From Myxococcota bacterium (GTDB taxonomy: Bacteria > Myxococcota_A > UBA796 > GCA-2862545): a stretch of DNA of 64,000 nt. The notes under the pieces are model-generated. The model was not told where the DNA came from. It worked only from the letters and a program-made list of their open reading frames with translations, and did not search any database. This document shows positions 30,810 to 40,936 of this stretch, in pieces. The first letter of the stretch is position 1, and each line of letters begins with the position of its first letter. The stretch covers positions 1 through 64,000 of the forward strand of contig JBCCQY010000006.1 in assembly GCA_039208735.1 (NCBI GenBank), written 5' to 3'. Position numbers and translations under genes: made by a program.

Positions 30810-31639
30810 TCATCTCGCTGGCGCTTAGCCTCGCCTACGCAGCGTCGCCTTCCGACCTCGAAGCCGCGATTCCGGAGGCTCAGGAGGCCTTGCGGGCGTG
30901 TGCCCAAAACGAAACGTGTACACGGGCGAATGCCGCTCAGGCAGCATGGTTGGTCGCCCTCCATCGGTACCTTGCGGATGGTGTGGCTGACGGCGAACTC
31001 GCCGCGACGGTGCAAGCACTGAATCCTGACTTGTTCGACGACCTGCCCGATGTGCTTCGTCGCAGTGTCACTGAGCCTCGGGAGTGGGCTTTGGCGCTGA
31101 TGGGCGAGCCGTTGCCCCCATTGGCGATGGCCATGCGAGCTGGTGGGCTAGAACCAGGTTTCTATGCATCGTTCGACGAGCTAGCGGCGAATGCTCCGAG
31201 CACTTCGTGGACTTCGGTCGGGGCGACGGTCGAGGAACTGCTCACCCGCGCGTGTGATCTTTCTAATCCCCGTGGGAAGCTTGAAAATATCAAGGTGTTC
31301 GGTTTTAGCGACGGCGAGCGTGTGTTCGTCAACTCATCCCGCGTTTCAACGAGCCTGCGCACCGCATGCTTCGCAGAGGCCGAGATCATTGGGCCCTGGG
31401 CTCGCCTCGACACCGTCACGCCATTCATGCTGATGGTGGGCTCGGTTCCGCTATGGCTCTCCGCCGAAGAAACGGTTCTCCTCGATCTACGGAGCGGTCG
31501 CTTCCGCAACCCAAGTCGACGCTTGCTGCGCGCCGAGTTGGCGAACGATCCAGAAAAGCTGGATGAACTGGCCAACCGAAGGCCACGGGGCGAGGACCGG
31601 ATCGAGGTACTCCGTGAAATCTACGAGAATCGTCCATGA
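30806..31639 (+). CDS. Secreted hypothetical protein
   Basis: AGGAGG RBS; signal MIISLALSLAYA; C-terminal GFYASFDEL..N.PS / VFGFSDG motifs (DUF6563-like from memory). Confidence 0.7.
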   Translation: MIISLALSLAYAASPSDLEAAIPEAQEALRACAQNETCTRANAAQAAWLVALHRYLADGVADGELAATVQALNPDLFDDLPDVLRRSVTEPREWALALMGEPLPPLAMAMRAGGLEPGFYASFDELAANAPSTSWTSVGATVEELLTRACDLSNPRGKLENIKVFGFSDGERVFVNSSRVSTSLRTACFAEAEIIGPWARLDTVTPFMLMVGSVPLWLSAEETVLLDLRSGRFRNPSRRLLRAELANDPEKLDELANRRPRGEDRIEVLREIYENRP

Positions 31640-31681
31640 CCAGGTCAACAGACTCTGTGGCACGATGAACGTGGAGGGGTC

Positions 31682-32473
31682 ATGCCGCGTACGATCCAGC
31701 TTATCCGTTGGGGATGGCTCTGCTGTTTGGTCGGCTGTGGTCCCTTCGAGATTCCTCTTTGGCCATGGGGACCCGATCCGGTCGACACCGGGAGCCCCAA
31801 CGTGGCTGGCCCAGGGGCTGCGGGTGGGGATCCGGTGAACGCGGCCTTCGATCTCTGCCCCACCGTAGCGGATCCGCCAACGGCTCATGCGGTGGGCACG
31901 ATGACGCGCCTGGCCTTCTTGGATCGCATGATCGCGATGTTTGCCAAGGTCGAAGCTGAATTGGAACCCCAGCGCCACATCCCTTGTGAGGCCGGCGATG
32001 CGTGCCTGCCCGTGCGCTACACCAACGCAAACGGCGTGGACGTGTCGTTTCGTCAGACATCGCCGCTACCGCCGAACGATGAGGTGCAAACCCACGTGAC
32101 TGCCGCGTGGCCCACCGGCCCATTGCGAACCCTTTCGGTGGCGCGCATTTCCCGCGCCGAGACCTTTGAGTCGTGGTCGTTCGACTGGGAGGGGAGGCAT
32201 TCGCCGTTTGGTGTGGACCGGACGGTTGCGTACGAGGTCCTTGATGACGCATTCCGCTACCGGTCGGAAACGTGTCAGTGGTCGAAGGGTGATACCATTC
32301 GGCCTGAACTTGGGGAAGTGGCATGGGTATGGGCGGGGGGCGACGACCAGCTCTTCGTGGATGCCGACGATGTTGGCTACCTTCGGGATCTTTCGCGCAC
32401 CGAAGTGCCCCCGTGGTGCATTGGCCAGCTCGATCCGCAGACCTGGGAGATCATTGGCGACTGTCCAGAGTGA
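31682..32473 (+). CDS. Hypothetical lipoprotein
   Basis: LVGC lipobox; GGAGG RBS. Confidence 0.65.
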   Translation: MPRTIQLIRWGWLCCLVGCGPFEIPLWPWGPDPVDTGSPNVAGPGAAGGDPVNAAFDLCPTVADPPTAHAVGTMTRLAFLDRMIAMFAKVEAELEPQRHIPCEAGDACLPVRYTNANGVDVSFRQTSPLPPNDEVQTHVTAAWPTGPLRTLSVARISRAETFESWSFDWEGRHSPFGVDRTVAYEVLDDAFRYRSETCQWSKGDTIRPELGEVAWVWAGGDDQLFVDADDVGYLRDLSRTEVPPWCIGQLDPQTWEIIGDCPE

Positions 32474-32539
32474 CCGACGTGCATTGGAACCCAGACATTT
32501 GTGCGCGAGGGACGTATCCCTCTGAGTTGATTTAGAGCC

Positions 32540-33475
32540 ATGATGCTACTCGTCTTCATCTTCGCGGCCTTCGCGGGGCCTCCCCCTCACTGGCAGGTGG
32601 CGTACTGTGGGGGCGATGGATCGTGTCACACCGAGCTGTGGGGCCGCGCTGCCCGGCGGGTGGCCCGGAAGCAGTCTGGTGATGCCGTCACTCGATGGAC
32701 GCCCTTCGACCCCGCCCAAGGCATCGATCCGGCGGTTTCGGATGCCGCTCGATCGTTGGGGATCGATACGGATGTGCGGGTGTTCGTATTTGCAACGCCC
32801 GAGCGCATCTCTCCGACCGAGACGACGCTCCCCGCGCCTACCCGATTGCAAAGCCGCAGGATGCACGTGGCTCGCATTGATCCAACCGTCGATGCTTTGG
32901 GTCGTCTTGGCGTTCGCATCTTTTTGCTCGATGAAGACCGAGATGAGGACGTCTTGGGCTGGATTGTGGTGACCCAGCTTAGGGCCGAGGCGCCCCCCGT
33001 CCGCGGCATCCTCCATCACGGCGTGCGGGCGATGGTTCCGCGGTGCACCGACCTCGGCATGACACCCCTTCCCGTGGTCGGGCCCACGCTAAGCGACCAG
33101 GACCCGTTTTGTGTTCGACTCCCCCTGGGCGACGGCGTCGACCTCACCGGGACCGAGTGGTTGATGGTGGAGGACGGGTCTGCTGCGTACAGCTGTGCGG
33201 TGCATGCGGTGGGCGATGGGGTGGGGCCCCCGGTTTGCCGTCACGACCTGATCGGTACGCCGCATGATGCCGCGCATTATGTTCAGGGCGTTTTGAGCCT
33301 AGGAGCCGGCCCAAGCCTGGTCGAGGCTTGGTTTGAAGTCGAAGGCGATCGATTTGTGGTGTTGAACCAAAGTCGAGGGCCAGGGCACATCAAGTGCATC
33401 GGTGCTTTCCCGAAAGCGGGCCGAGCCCCCCAACCGCAGCGATGCGTGGGTGAGGGGCCCACTGGGAGCTATTAG
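32540..33475 (+). CDS. Secreted hypothetical protein
   Basis: MMLLVFIFAAFAG signal; several Cys. Confidence 0.65.
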   Translation: MMLLVFIFAAFAGPPPHWQVAYCGGDGSCHTELWGRAARRVARKQSGDAVTRWTPFDPAQGIDPAVSDAARSLGIDTDVRVFVFATPERISPTETTLPAPTRLQSRRMHVARIDPTVDALGRLGVRIFLLDEDRDEDVLGWIVVTQLRAEAPPVRGILHHGVRAMVPRCTDLGMTPLPVVGPTLSDQDPFCVRLPLGDGVDLTGTEWLMVEDGSAAYSCAVHAVGDGVGPPVCRHDLIGTPHDAAHYVQGVLSLGAGPSLVEAWFEVEGDRFVVLNQSRGPGHIKCIGAFPKAGRAPQPQRCVGEGPTGSY

Positions 33476-33566
33476 GCCCTTTCAAGGTGAATCAGGCTCT
33501 CGCCTTCAAAAAGTTGGCCGGTGCGCCAGGGCCCCGGCGTCTCAAAGGTGCATGAAGGGAGAACCG

Positions 33567-34442
33567 ATGAAGACGTTCGGAGTTTGGGGATGGGTCCTGG
33601 CAATGGCATGCAGCACCCAAGAGTCCTGGCTGACGATGGAGATCGATTCAGGGGTGCCCTACTCGGAGGTCGTGGTGGATGGCACCGAGTTGACGTGTCT
33701 GATCGACACAGGGCTCGCGGGTGAGGTCCTTGCCCGCTCGGACCTTGGAATCGACGGAGACGTCCGTGCGGAGTTTGGTTCACAACGCTTCGAGGTCCGC
33801 GTGGCCTCCGATCCCAGCTTCGATCCTGTCCTGGACAGCCTAAGCAATGACTCACGGACTGTGGATTGCCTGGTGGGATGGCATGCGCTTCGCAATCACG
33901 CCGTCACCTTCGACTATGCGGCGTCACGTTGGCGTGTGGCGCGCTCGCGCAAGGCGTCCTACGAGATCGCAGATGCGTCCTTGGCGTCACCCATCCATGT
34001 TCCGTTCGAGAGCACCAACCGGTGGGCCATGGTCCTGCTCGATGTAGAGGCGACGGTGATTCCCGCCGCAGTCGACACTGGGGCGTCGCTCGTATCGATT
34101 GAGCCCGAGATCTTTGCGCTGCTCGACCCGGAACCCCCGACGGTTCCTGCAGTGGTGAACACCGTCGACGGTCCCATCCTGTCGAGAGCAGGCCAGCTTG
34201 CGTTTGCCGGGGTGGGGGATGCCGAGCAATCCGATGTTTGGTTTTCGTCGGAACCGTCGAGTCAGCTCGAGTCCGCCCGCGAAGATGGTTTTGAGATCGA
34301 GGGAATCGTTGGGGCGAGCTTCCTCATGCACTATGCGGTCACGTTTGATCGGTCCCGTGAGGGTCTGACGCTCCAGGCGTACGACGACGACGTCGCGGCC
34401 ATCCTGCTCGATCAACTGATCCAGGACACATCGGTTCCGTAG
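33567..34442 (+). CDS. Two-domain retropepsin-like aspartyl protease lipoprotein
   Basis: LAMAC lipobox; LIDTG...CLVG and AVDTGAS...GIVGASFL. Confidence 0.85.
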   Translation: MKTFGVWGWVLAMACSTQESWLTMEIDSGVPYSEVVVDGTELTCLIDTGLAGEVLARSDLGIDGDVRAEFGSQRFEVRVASDPSFDPVLDSLSNDSRTVDCLVGWHALRNHAVTFDYAASRWRVARSRKASYEIADASLASPIHVPFESTNRWAMVLLDVEATVIPAAVDTGASLVSIEPEIFALLDPEPPTVPAVVNTVDGPILSRAGQLAFAGVGDAEQSDVWFSSEPSSQLESAREDGFEIEGIVGASFLMHYAVTFDRSREGLTLQAYDDDVAAILLDQLIQDTSVP

Positions 34443-34468
34443 GCGAACCTACGGACGGAATGCCCACG

Positions 34469-36937
34469 TCAGGGATGTTGGAATCGCAGCACCCGATCGG
34501 CAGAAAGCCCATTCGTTTCGCAGTTCGCTTCGAGTCCAACCCGAGCGTTGCCGACCAGGCCCGCCGTCGCGCTCTCACCGTCGTCGAGACCGGGTCCCGC
34601 CGTCGTATCGACGTAGCAGAGCGCGATGTCGTTGGTACCCTCCTGGAGGACGGCGCGGACGTCGATGAGGTCGCCATTTGCGTGAGGCACCCGCCACTGC
34701 ACGTGGAACGAGCGTTCCGGCGCCGATCCAGCCGTCTCCGTCCACACTTGTCCCAAGCCCGAGTCGAGGTCGTCCCACCACACCAGAACGCTACGCCCCA
34801 AGGTGTTGGAGGCCTGGCAGACGTCGTTGGACGGCGAAGTCGGATTGTCGAAGGTCAACGTTCCGTTTGCTCCCACGTAGACTTCATTGTGGATGGTTCC
34901 GTACACGTCGAAGGCAAATCCGAGCGGCACGGTCACGACACCATCGTTGCCCAGGGGCTGGAGGTCTCCCGTAGCCGAGAGGTCAGGGCAAACGATGGCG
35001 GCACCGCTCTCTTCGCACATCTGGTACCCAAATGCGTCGTCGCCGAGCCAGGTGCAAGCCTCGTAGCGGTCGGCCGACGAGCGGCATTCGGGATCCGCTG
35101 GGTAGTCGGACAGGCCGTCAACGTCGTTATCGACGCCATCGAAGCAGGTAGGAAGAACGATGGGGTCGGTTTCATCCGTATCGAATGGGGTTGTGCAGCC
35201 GGGCTCGTCCGGGTAGTCAAGGAGCCCATCAAGGTCGTTATCCACGCCATCCTGACAGGCTCCGGGCGATTGCTGACAGTCGATATCGTACGTGATGTCG
35301 ATCGAATCGCCAAGGCTTGGCGCGGTGATGCGGTCAAATTGCACCGCGTTGCGAAGCCGATCGTGGATCCATCCGTTGTCAGCCATGCCCGCGGAGGACA
35401 CCTCGAGCGTATCGAGATCGGGGAATTCATCCAGCGGATAGCTGAGCTGACGCAGTGCAGGGTTGGTACCGAGGCTCGTCAGGGCGGTGGTCCACTCGAC
35501 GGTCGAAAGGTCGAACTGGGATCCGTTGGCCAAGCTGATCAAGTCATCGTAGCCGCCACTGGCCTGGGCCGAGAGAACACCTGATGCCCAAAGCCGGTTG
35601 GGGTCTCCCGTGGCCATGACCAATTGGTCATAGAGGTCCTTTCCGCCTAGAGTGGTGCTCTGGTCCGACGTATCGGTGACGATGAAGAGCGCGAAGATGC
35701 TGTCGCCGCGGAGGAACGCACCACCCGGGGCCGCATCCCCACCGGGTTGGATGGCCAGCCCGATCTGATCGAGTCCCTGGCTTAGCCCCATGCCAACCCC
35801 CACATTGACCTGCGTATTGAATTCGGTGATGGCATCGGGCCCAGCCACAATGATGGGGCCGCGAAAGCTGGATTCCGAGGTCGTGATAATTCCGATTTGC
35901 CAGTCGACGCCTTGAGTGTCGAATTGCGCGACCAGAGCGGGAAACGCCTGGGCCAACGACGCTTGGAGCGTTGGCCCCCCCTGGGCATCGTCGATCACGA
36001 ACAGCGCATCGATTCGGTCGCTTAGGGCGGCGGGGAAGGACTGCGATCGAGGTCCTCCCAGGCAGGAATCGCAGGCATCCGGAATGCCATCGAGATCGAC
36101 GTCTTCCTCGTCATCGCCCAGCGGACACTGATCGCAGCCATCCGGCGTGGTGTCTTTGTCGGAATCGATACGGTCATCGAATCCAGGGCATTGGTCGCAC
36201 TCGTCGGGAGCACCGTCGCCATCTGCGTCGATCGAGTCGTCGAATCCGGGGCACCGATCACAGCCATTGGGCACGAGATCGAGGTCGTCGTCGAGGGTGT
36301 CATCAAAGCCCGGGCAGGCGTCGCAGGCGTCGGGATTGGCATCGCCGTCGGTATCCAGCGCATCGTCTCCCAGTGCGCACCGGTCGCAACCATCGGGCAC
36401 CCCATCGCCATCGTCATCGAGGCGGTCATCAGGCCCGGGGCAACGGTCGCAGCCGTCGGCGACTCCATCTTCGTCCTCATCAAGGGCATCGTCGAACCCC
36501 GGGCAGGCATCGCAGCCATCGGGGATGGTATCGGCATCTTCATCCACCCCATCATCGGCGTCTGGGCAGATATCACAGCCGTTGGGCACCGTGTCCTGGT
36601 CGTTGTCTGAGGCGTCATCGAAGCCGGGACAGACGTCACAGCCGTCGGGAACCTCATCGCCGTCTGCGTCGAGCGTGTCGTCGAGGTCGGGGCACCGATC
36701 ACAGCCGTCCGGCACCGTGTCGTCGTCCGAATCGACGGCGTCATCGAACCCCGGACAGCGGTCGCAGCCATCCGCCACGCCATCCGCATCGGTGTCACGG
36801 CTGTCGTCGAACCCTGGGCATTGGTCTTCACTATCCGGAACGCTGTCCCCGTCGGCGTCTGCGACGGGTGGGGGAGCCGGCGGAGGCTCCGAGGGGCAAC
36901 CGATCAAGAACGCGCAGACCCATACACGGATGAGCAT
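34469..36937 (-). CDS. TSP type-3 repeat / vWA-like / Cys-Asp repeat / nidogen-like lipoprotein
   Basis: FLIGC lipobox; 13 DxDxDxxxDxCDxC repeats; IDALFVIDD...DWQIGIITT vWA; CxDGVDNDxDGxxDYP twice; LGFAFDVYG...GANGTLTF...WWDDLD. Confidence 0.85.
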   Translation of the reverse strand: MLIRVWVCAFLIGCPSEPPPAPPPVADADGDSVPDSEDQCPGFDDSRDTDADGVADGCDRCPGFDDAVDSDDDTVPDGCDRCPDLDDTLDADGDEVPDGCDVCPGFDDASDNDQDTVPNGCDICPDADDGVDEDADTIPDGCDACPGFDDALDEDEDGVADGCDRCPGPDDRLDDDGDGVPDGCDRCALGDDALDTDGDANPDACDACPGFDDTLDDDLDLVPNGCDRCPGFDDSIDADGDGAPDECDQCPGFDDRIDSDKDTTPDGCDQCPLGDDEEDVDLDGIPDACDSCLGGPRSQSFPAALSDRIDALFVIDDAQGGPTLQASLAQAFPALVAQFDTQGVDWQIGIITTSESSFRGPIIVAGPDAITEFNTQVNVGVGMGLSQGLDQIGLAIQPGGDAAPGGAFLRGDSIFALFIVTDTSDQSTTLGGKDLYDQLVMATGDPNRLWASGVLSAQASGGYDDLISLANGSQFDLSTVEWTTALTSLGTNPALRQLSYPLDEFPDLDTLEVSSAGMADNGWIHDRLRNAVQFDRITAPSLGDSIDITYDIDCQQSPGACQDGVDNDLDGLLDYPDEPGCTTPFDTDETDPIVLPTCFDGVDNDVDGLSDYPADPECRSSADRYEACTWLGDDAFGYQMCEESGAAIVCPDLSATGDLQPLGNDGVVTVPLGFAFDVYGTIHNEVYVGANGTLTFDNPTSPSNDVCQASNTLGRSVLVWWDDLDSGLGQVWTETAGSAPERSFHVQWRVPHANGDLIDVRAVLQEGTNDIALCYVDTTAGPGLDDGESATAGLVGNARVGLEANCETNGLSADRVLRFQHP
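36060..36859 (-). repeat. 13 tandem ~63-bp coding repeats (TSP3-like, probably Ca-binding)
   Basis: 21-aa unit DxDxDxVPDGCDxCPGFDDxx. Confidence 0.9.
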
Positions 36938-37036
36938 CGAGGCTCCCAGCTCAGATTGTCAGGTTCGCAAGTCTAGCCGAACCCTGGAGAACCTGCTGGG
37001 CCCTTTCGTCGTGCGGAGCTTCTAACCGCACCCCAG

Positions 37037-38539
37037 TCAGAGCCCTTGGTCGAGCGTCACCGGTCCCTGAAACGAATCTTCGTTGTCGCCGCGAATGTTG
37101 AGGGTAGGGTTCGGAAGCTGGACGACCCATTCGGACGTGATGGCGTAGTCGAGCAACTGCCAACCCTCCGGCAGCGTCGGCGCATCGCTCAACCGCCCCG
37201 CGTCCCGGGACACCCGAACGTACGCCTCCTGCTCGGGAGACACCAAGACCTTGAGGGTCCGGCCGGCCGCGAACCGGATTTCGTGGAACTTTTCAATGCG
37301 GTTGAGTCGCAGCAGCCCATCGTCGTCAAGGGGGATGTTGGACTCGATGATCGTTGCGTTGTGCCGCCAGCGGTGACCGAAGTGTTCGCCTTCGATGAGG
37401 GGGCCGTCCTCGGTCGCGCCCGGTGAACGGGCGAACGAGCCGCCATCGGCCTCGCCCTCGCGAGGTTGGTTCTTGAACCAACCGCCGGGAAGTTCAATCG
37501 CATCGAACTCGGCGAGGCTGATGTCGGAGCTGAACCAGACCCGGATTTCGTCCTGACCTAGGACCTCGAGGATTTCGAACGCAACGTCACGTCCAACCAT
37601 CGGGAAGTTATCGATGAGGGGGGCCACGTTGAGGCTGTAGGCGCCGTCAACCGCCGCATCTCGAGTTGCCGTCAGGTTCTCGAGTTCAATGGCCAATGCA
37701 TCGAGCGCCTCTGCGTTGGGGACCCGGTCGATCCACACTTCATCCCACGTCTGGCCATCGGAGATGTAGGCGCCCTGCACGTCGAGTCGAGCGATGGGTT
37801 CAATGCCAACCTGAGCTTGGAGCCCGGCGAGTTCGCTCTCATGGGCCTCGAGGGCGTCCGTGTCCGCCCGTCGAATCACCTGCATCCGGTCGAAGGAGGA
37901 CATGGAGGGTTCGACCTCCCCTGTGAAGCGGAGGTCCGCCACAAGGATGGTGCTTTTCTCGAGCCCCGCATCTTTGTGGATGGACGTTTCCTGAAAGTCG
38001 GGGTGGAGGCTCATGGCGAAGTTGGCCAGCGGACAAGGGTATTCGACAATACCGATTTCCTCCCAAGCATCGTCGCCTTCGACCACATCGCTGACCGAAC
38101 CCGAGTACACCACCCGTCCGCCAATCGCAGTGATGAACGGAATGGGGCTGTAGAGGTCATTGGCCTGTCGGCCGGTCAAGTCGGTCTCGCGACCGTCGGC
38201 GTAGACCGCTCGGTCACGGAACTTGATCAGATTGACGAAGTAGATGGGCCCTTCGGTTGGATTCTGCAGCATCCGCTGCACCTGTTCCAGGTTCACATCC
38301 CCGTAGCTTGGACCCTCAGCGTCGCCAGAGGCGGAGTTCAGAGCCTCGAGGATGGGCTGGATGTTGCTGGGGTCATCGCATAGGTCGTCCGTCAACTCGA
38401 CAGGTGGACCCACCGGTTTCGGCTCTTCGATGACCGCAGTGTCGACGGCCCGTCCGGTCTCAACCGGTTCAGCATCGGGTTCCCCGCAAGCGACCAGCAT
38501 CGCGAGGGCCGTCCAGCACGTGAATTGAGAGGCATGCAT
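37037..38539 (-). CDS. Lipoprotein with DUF1330-like domain(s) and an unknown C-terminal domain
   Basis: AAGGAGG RBS; LVAC lipobox; GPIYFVNLIKFRDRAVYADGR...WEEIGIVEYP. Confidence 0.75.
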   Translation of the reverse strand: MHASQFTCWTALAMLVACGEPDAEPVETGRAVDTAVIEEPKPVGPPVELTDDLCDDPSNIQPILEALNSASGDAEGPSYGDVNLEQVQRMLQNPTEGPIYFVNLIKFRDRAVYADGRETDLTGRQANDLYSPIPFITAIGGRVVYSGSVSDVVEGDDAWEEIGIVEYPCPLANFAMSLHPDFQETSIHKDAGLEKSTILVADLRFTGEVEPSMSSFDRMQVIRRADTDALEAHESELAGLQAQVGIEPIARLDVQGAYISDGQTWDEVWIDRVPNAEALDALAIELENLTATRDAAVDGAYSLNVAPLIDNFPMVGRDVAFEILEVLGQDEIRVWFSSDISLAEFDAIELPGGWFKNQPREGEADGGSFARSPGATEDGPLIEGEHFGHRWRHNATIIESNIPLDDDGLLRLNRIEKFHEIRFAAGRTLKVLVSPEQEAYVRVSRDAGRLSDAPTLPEGWQLLDYAITSEWVVQLPNPTLNIRGDNEDSFQGPVTLDQGL

Positions 38540-38642
38540 CGCCGTTTCCTCCTTAAGCGTGGCGGTTCTTCGACCGACCCGCCTCTGGCTTATGGGTGCC
38601 ATGTTGAGGGAGCGTGCAGACTGTCGTTCGACCCAACGATTC

Positions 38643-39839
38643 TTACTTGAGGTTGTCGAGCCACGGGAAGGGATGGGTGAGCTGCGCCCAGCTTTCGGGG
38701 TCTTCGAGTTCGTCGTCGTTGAGCAGGCATGCGTCAAAGGCGCTCGTGAGCGCGGCTTCGTCCATATCGATGCCAATGATGACGATCTCCTGCCTACGGT
38801 CTCCGTAGGTGGGGTGCCAAACGGACTCCAGATGCTCCCGGAAAGACGGGGTGTCGGGGTGCCGCTCCGGAGGCACGGCGGCCCACCAGGTGCCGGCCAC
38901 ACCAGTCTCGCGCGTGCCTCCCGCGAGCTGGAAGGTCGCGGTGTGGTTCGGTCTGGAGGCCACCCAGAACCAACCTTTGGCGCGAACCACGCCCGCCCAA
39001 GGACTCCTTAGCCAGGCTGCGAATCGCTCGGGATGGAACGGGTGCCGGGCGCGGTACACGAAGCTTGAGATTCCGTAGGCCTCGGTTTCCGGAGTGTGGG
39101 TGCCCATGAGTTCTTGAATCCAAGCCGGCCGTTGCTGGGCTTCCTCCATGTTGAACAAGCCGGTCCCGAGCACGGCCGATGGCGAGATCTTGCCCCGCTC
39201 GCTGCGCACCAAGACCGCGTCGGGGTTGATTGCGCGAATCGTCGCTTCGACGTGTGCGAGTTGAGCCTCGTCCACGAGGTCGGTCTTGTTGATCACGACG
39301 ACATCCGCAAACTCGACCTGCTCGGTGTGCAAGGTGGCCAACGTGCGGTCGTCTTCCTCAGACACCGCAAGGCCCTCGGACTCGAGGGAGATGCCCTGTG
39401 CCAGCTCGGACGGGAAGGCTTGGGCATCCACGACGGTGACCATGGTGTCGAGGCGGGCCACCGAGGACAGTGACGTGCCGTCTTCCGCCTCGAAGGTGAA
39501 GGTCTGGGCAACGGGGAGTGGCTCGCTGACTCCGGTGGATTCGATCAGAAGGTAGTCAAACCGCCCTTCACGAGCGAGTTGTGCCACCTCAGCGAGCAGA
39601 TCTTCGCGCAACGTGCAGCAGATGCAGCCATTGCTCATCTCGACGAGCCGTTCATCGGTACGAGACAGTGACGCATCACCGTCTCGCACCAGAGCCGCGT
39701 CGATGTTGACCTCACTCATGTCGTTCACGATGACCGCGACCCGAAGGCCTTCGCGATTGGCGAGAACATGGTTGAGGAGCGTCGTCTTGCCAGCACCGAG
39801 AAAGCCTGACAACACAGTCACAGGAAGGGTCGAGGTCAT
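38643..39839 (-). CDS. zigA: COG0523 zinc metallochaperone GTPase (ZigA/YciC-like)
   Basis: [40 protein letters not shown]. Confidence 0.93.
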   Translation of the reverse strand: MTSTLPVTVLSGFLGAGKTTLLNHVLANREGLRVAVIVNDMSEVNIDAALVRDGDASLSRTDERLVEMSNGCICCTLREDLLAEVAQLAREGRFDYLLIESTGVSEPLPVAQTFTFEAEDGTSLSSVARLDTMVTVVDAQAFPSELAQGISLESEGLAVSEEDDRTLATLHTEQVEFADVVVINKTDLVDEAQLAHVEATIRAINPDAVLVRSERGKISPSAVLGTGLFNMEEAQQRPAWIQELMGTHTPETEAYGISSFVYRARHPFHPERFAAWLRSPWAGVVRAKGWFWVASRPNHTATFQLAGGTRETGVAGTWWAAVPPERHPDTPSFREHLESVWHPTYGDRRQEIVIIGIDMDEAALTSAFDACLLNDDELEDPESWAQLTHPFPWLDNLK

Positions 39840-39893
39840 AGGGTCGCAACACCACGCTTGGAGTAGAACTTAGCCATACAGTGGTCCTGGCTC

Positions 39894-39914
39894 TATTGCA
39901 ACTGAGTTGCAATA
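39894..39914. promoter_or_regulatory. Perfect 10-1-10 palindrome, putative Zur-type operator
   Basis: TATTGCAACTGAGTTGCAATA about 55 bp upstream of the COG0523 gene; near-identical copy at 62335. Confidence 0.8.
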
Positions 39915-39932
39915 AGGTGATTTGCCGAGAAG

Positions 39933-40856
39933 TTAGCCCAGGCGCTTCCGAACTGGTCCCGGGAAGAACCGGTTGGTCTGCTCCTGGTATTCGGCATATC
40001 CAGGCCGTTTCTGGGATGAGTAGAACTCTGAAGGCACGGCGCCCGAGTAGTACACCAACGTGGTGTGCATGATGCGGGAGATGAAGAGCAGTCCGAGTCC
40101 GACCAGTGCCCAAGCCCATGCTGGCTCGACGGCCCGGAGCACCCACCATGAGGGAATAGAGGCGATGATAAGTCCGTTCCAGACCATCCATTCAGCGAAG
40201 TAGTTGGGGTGGCGGCTGTAGCGCCACAGGCCCACGTTGCAAACCGCGTCGCGGCGTCCTTCTTGCTTGGCTTGGCGAATGAACGCGGCCTTTTGCGCGT
40301 CGGCAAGTGACTCCATCGCGAAGGCCGCCGCCCAGAGGACGAGCCCCACGACTTCCAACGCCGAGACGATTGGGGTCGGGTTGACCGCGATAACGAACGC
40401 AGGCAACGCCAAGAACGAAGCGTTGGCGAGGCCTTGGGTGCTCGCTTCGATCTGCATGGCGAGGGAGACGTTCGACTTTCCGTCGCGTTCCCATCGGCGC
40501 TTCTGATATTGGTACCTTGGAAATTCTACGGCAAGCTTTCCACGTCGCCACAGGTTTATCGCCCCAATACCCATTCGAAGCCCAATGAAGAGGTAGACCG
40601 CACCAATTCCCCAGACCCGCGGCGCGTACCCCTCCCCCATCAGCAGGGCGACGAGCCCGATGATCGCGACGCCAAGCGGCCATCCGACGTCGACGTACGA
40701 TATGCGACCGGTCCGCCAAATCGGGATGTTGACGACGGCCACGAAGAGCAGCAGCTGCGCGAGACCGTTGACGAGGCCCATGGTGGACAACGTTTGGGTC
40801 GAAAGGAGGAGCAGCCAGCCTGCGGCGAAAGGAAGGAGGGGGGCCAGGTACGTCAT
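39933..40856 (-). CDS. DUF1295 membrane protein (steroid reductase-like)
   Basis: VDVGW; ESLADAQK; GLWRYSRHPNYFAEW; YQEQTNRFFP. Confidence 0.92.
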   Translation of the reverse strand: MTYLAPLLPFAAGWLLLLSTQTLSTMGLVNGLAQLLLFVAVVNIPIWRTGRISYVDVGWPLGVAIIGLVALLMGEGYAPRVWGIGAVYLFIGLRMGIGAINLWRRGKLAVEFPRYQYQKRRWERDGKSNVSLAMQIEASTQGLANASFLALPAFVIAVNPTPIVSALEVVGLVLWAAAFAMESLADAQKAAFIRQAKQEGRRDAVCNVGLWRYSRHPNYFAEWMVWNGLIIASIPSWWVLRAVEPAWAWALVGLGLLFISRIMHTTLVYYSGAVPSEFYSSQKRPGYAEYQEQTNRFFPGPVRKRLG

Positions 40857-40936
40857 GGGCCGGAGCTTACCGCGAGGGATGTCGGGTGAGCGGGTCGGAT
40901 TGCGTAGTCGTCGGTGAACCTCCCTGGAGTTTTGCC

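Noticed and set aside
36060..36859. Regular repeats as a CRISPR array
   Set aside because: Degenerate in-frame coding repeats; no spacers or cas genes
34460..37025. Long alternative-frame ORFs over the TSP3 gene
   Set aside because: Artefacts of GC-rich tandem repeats
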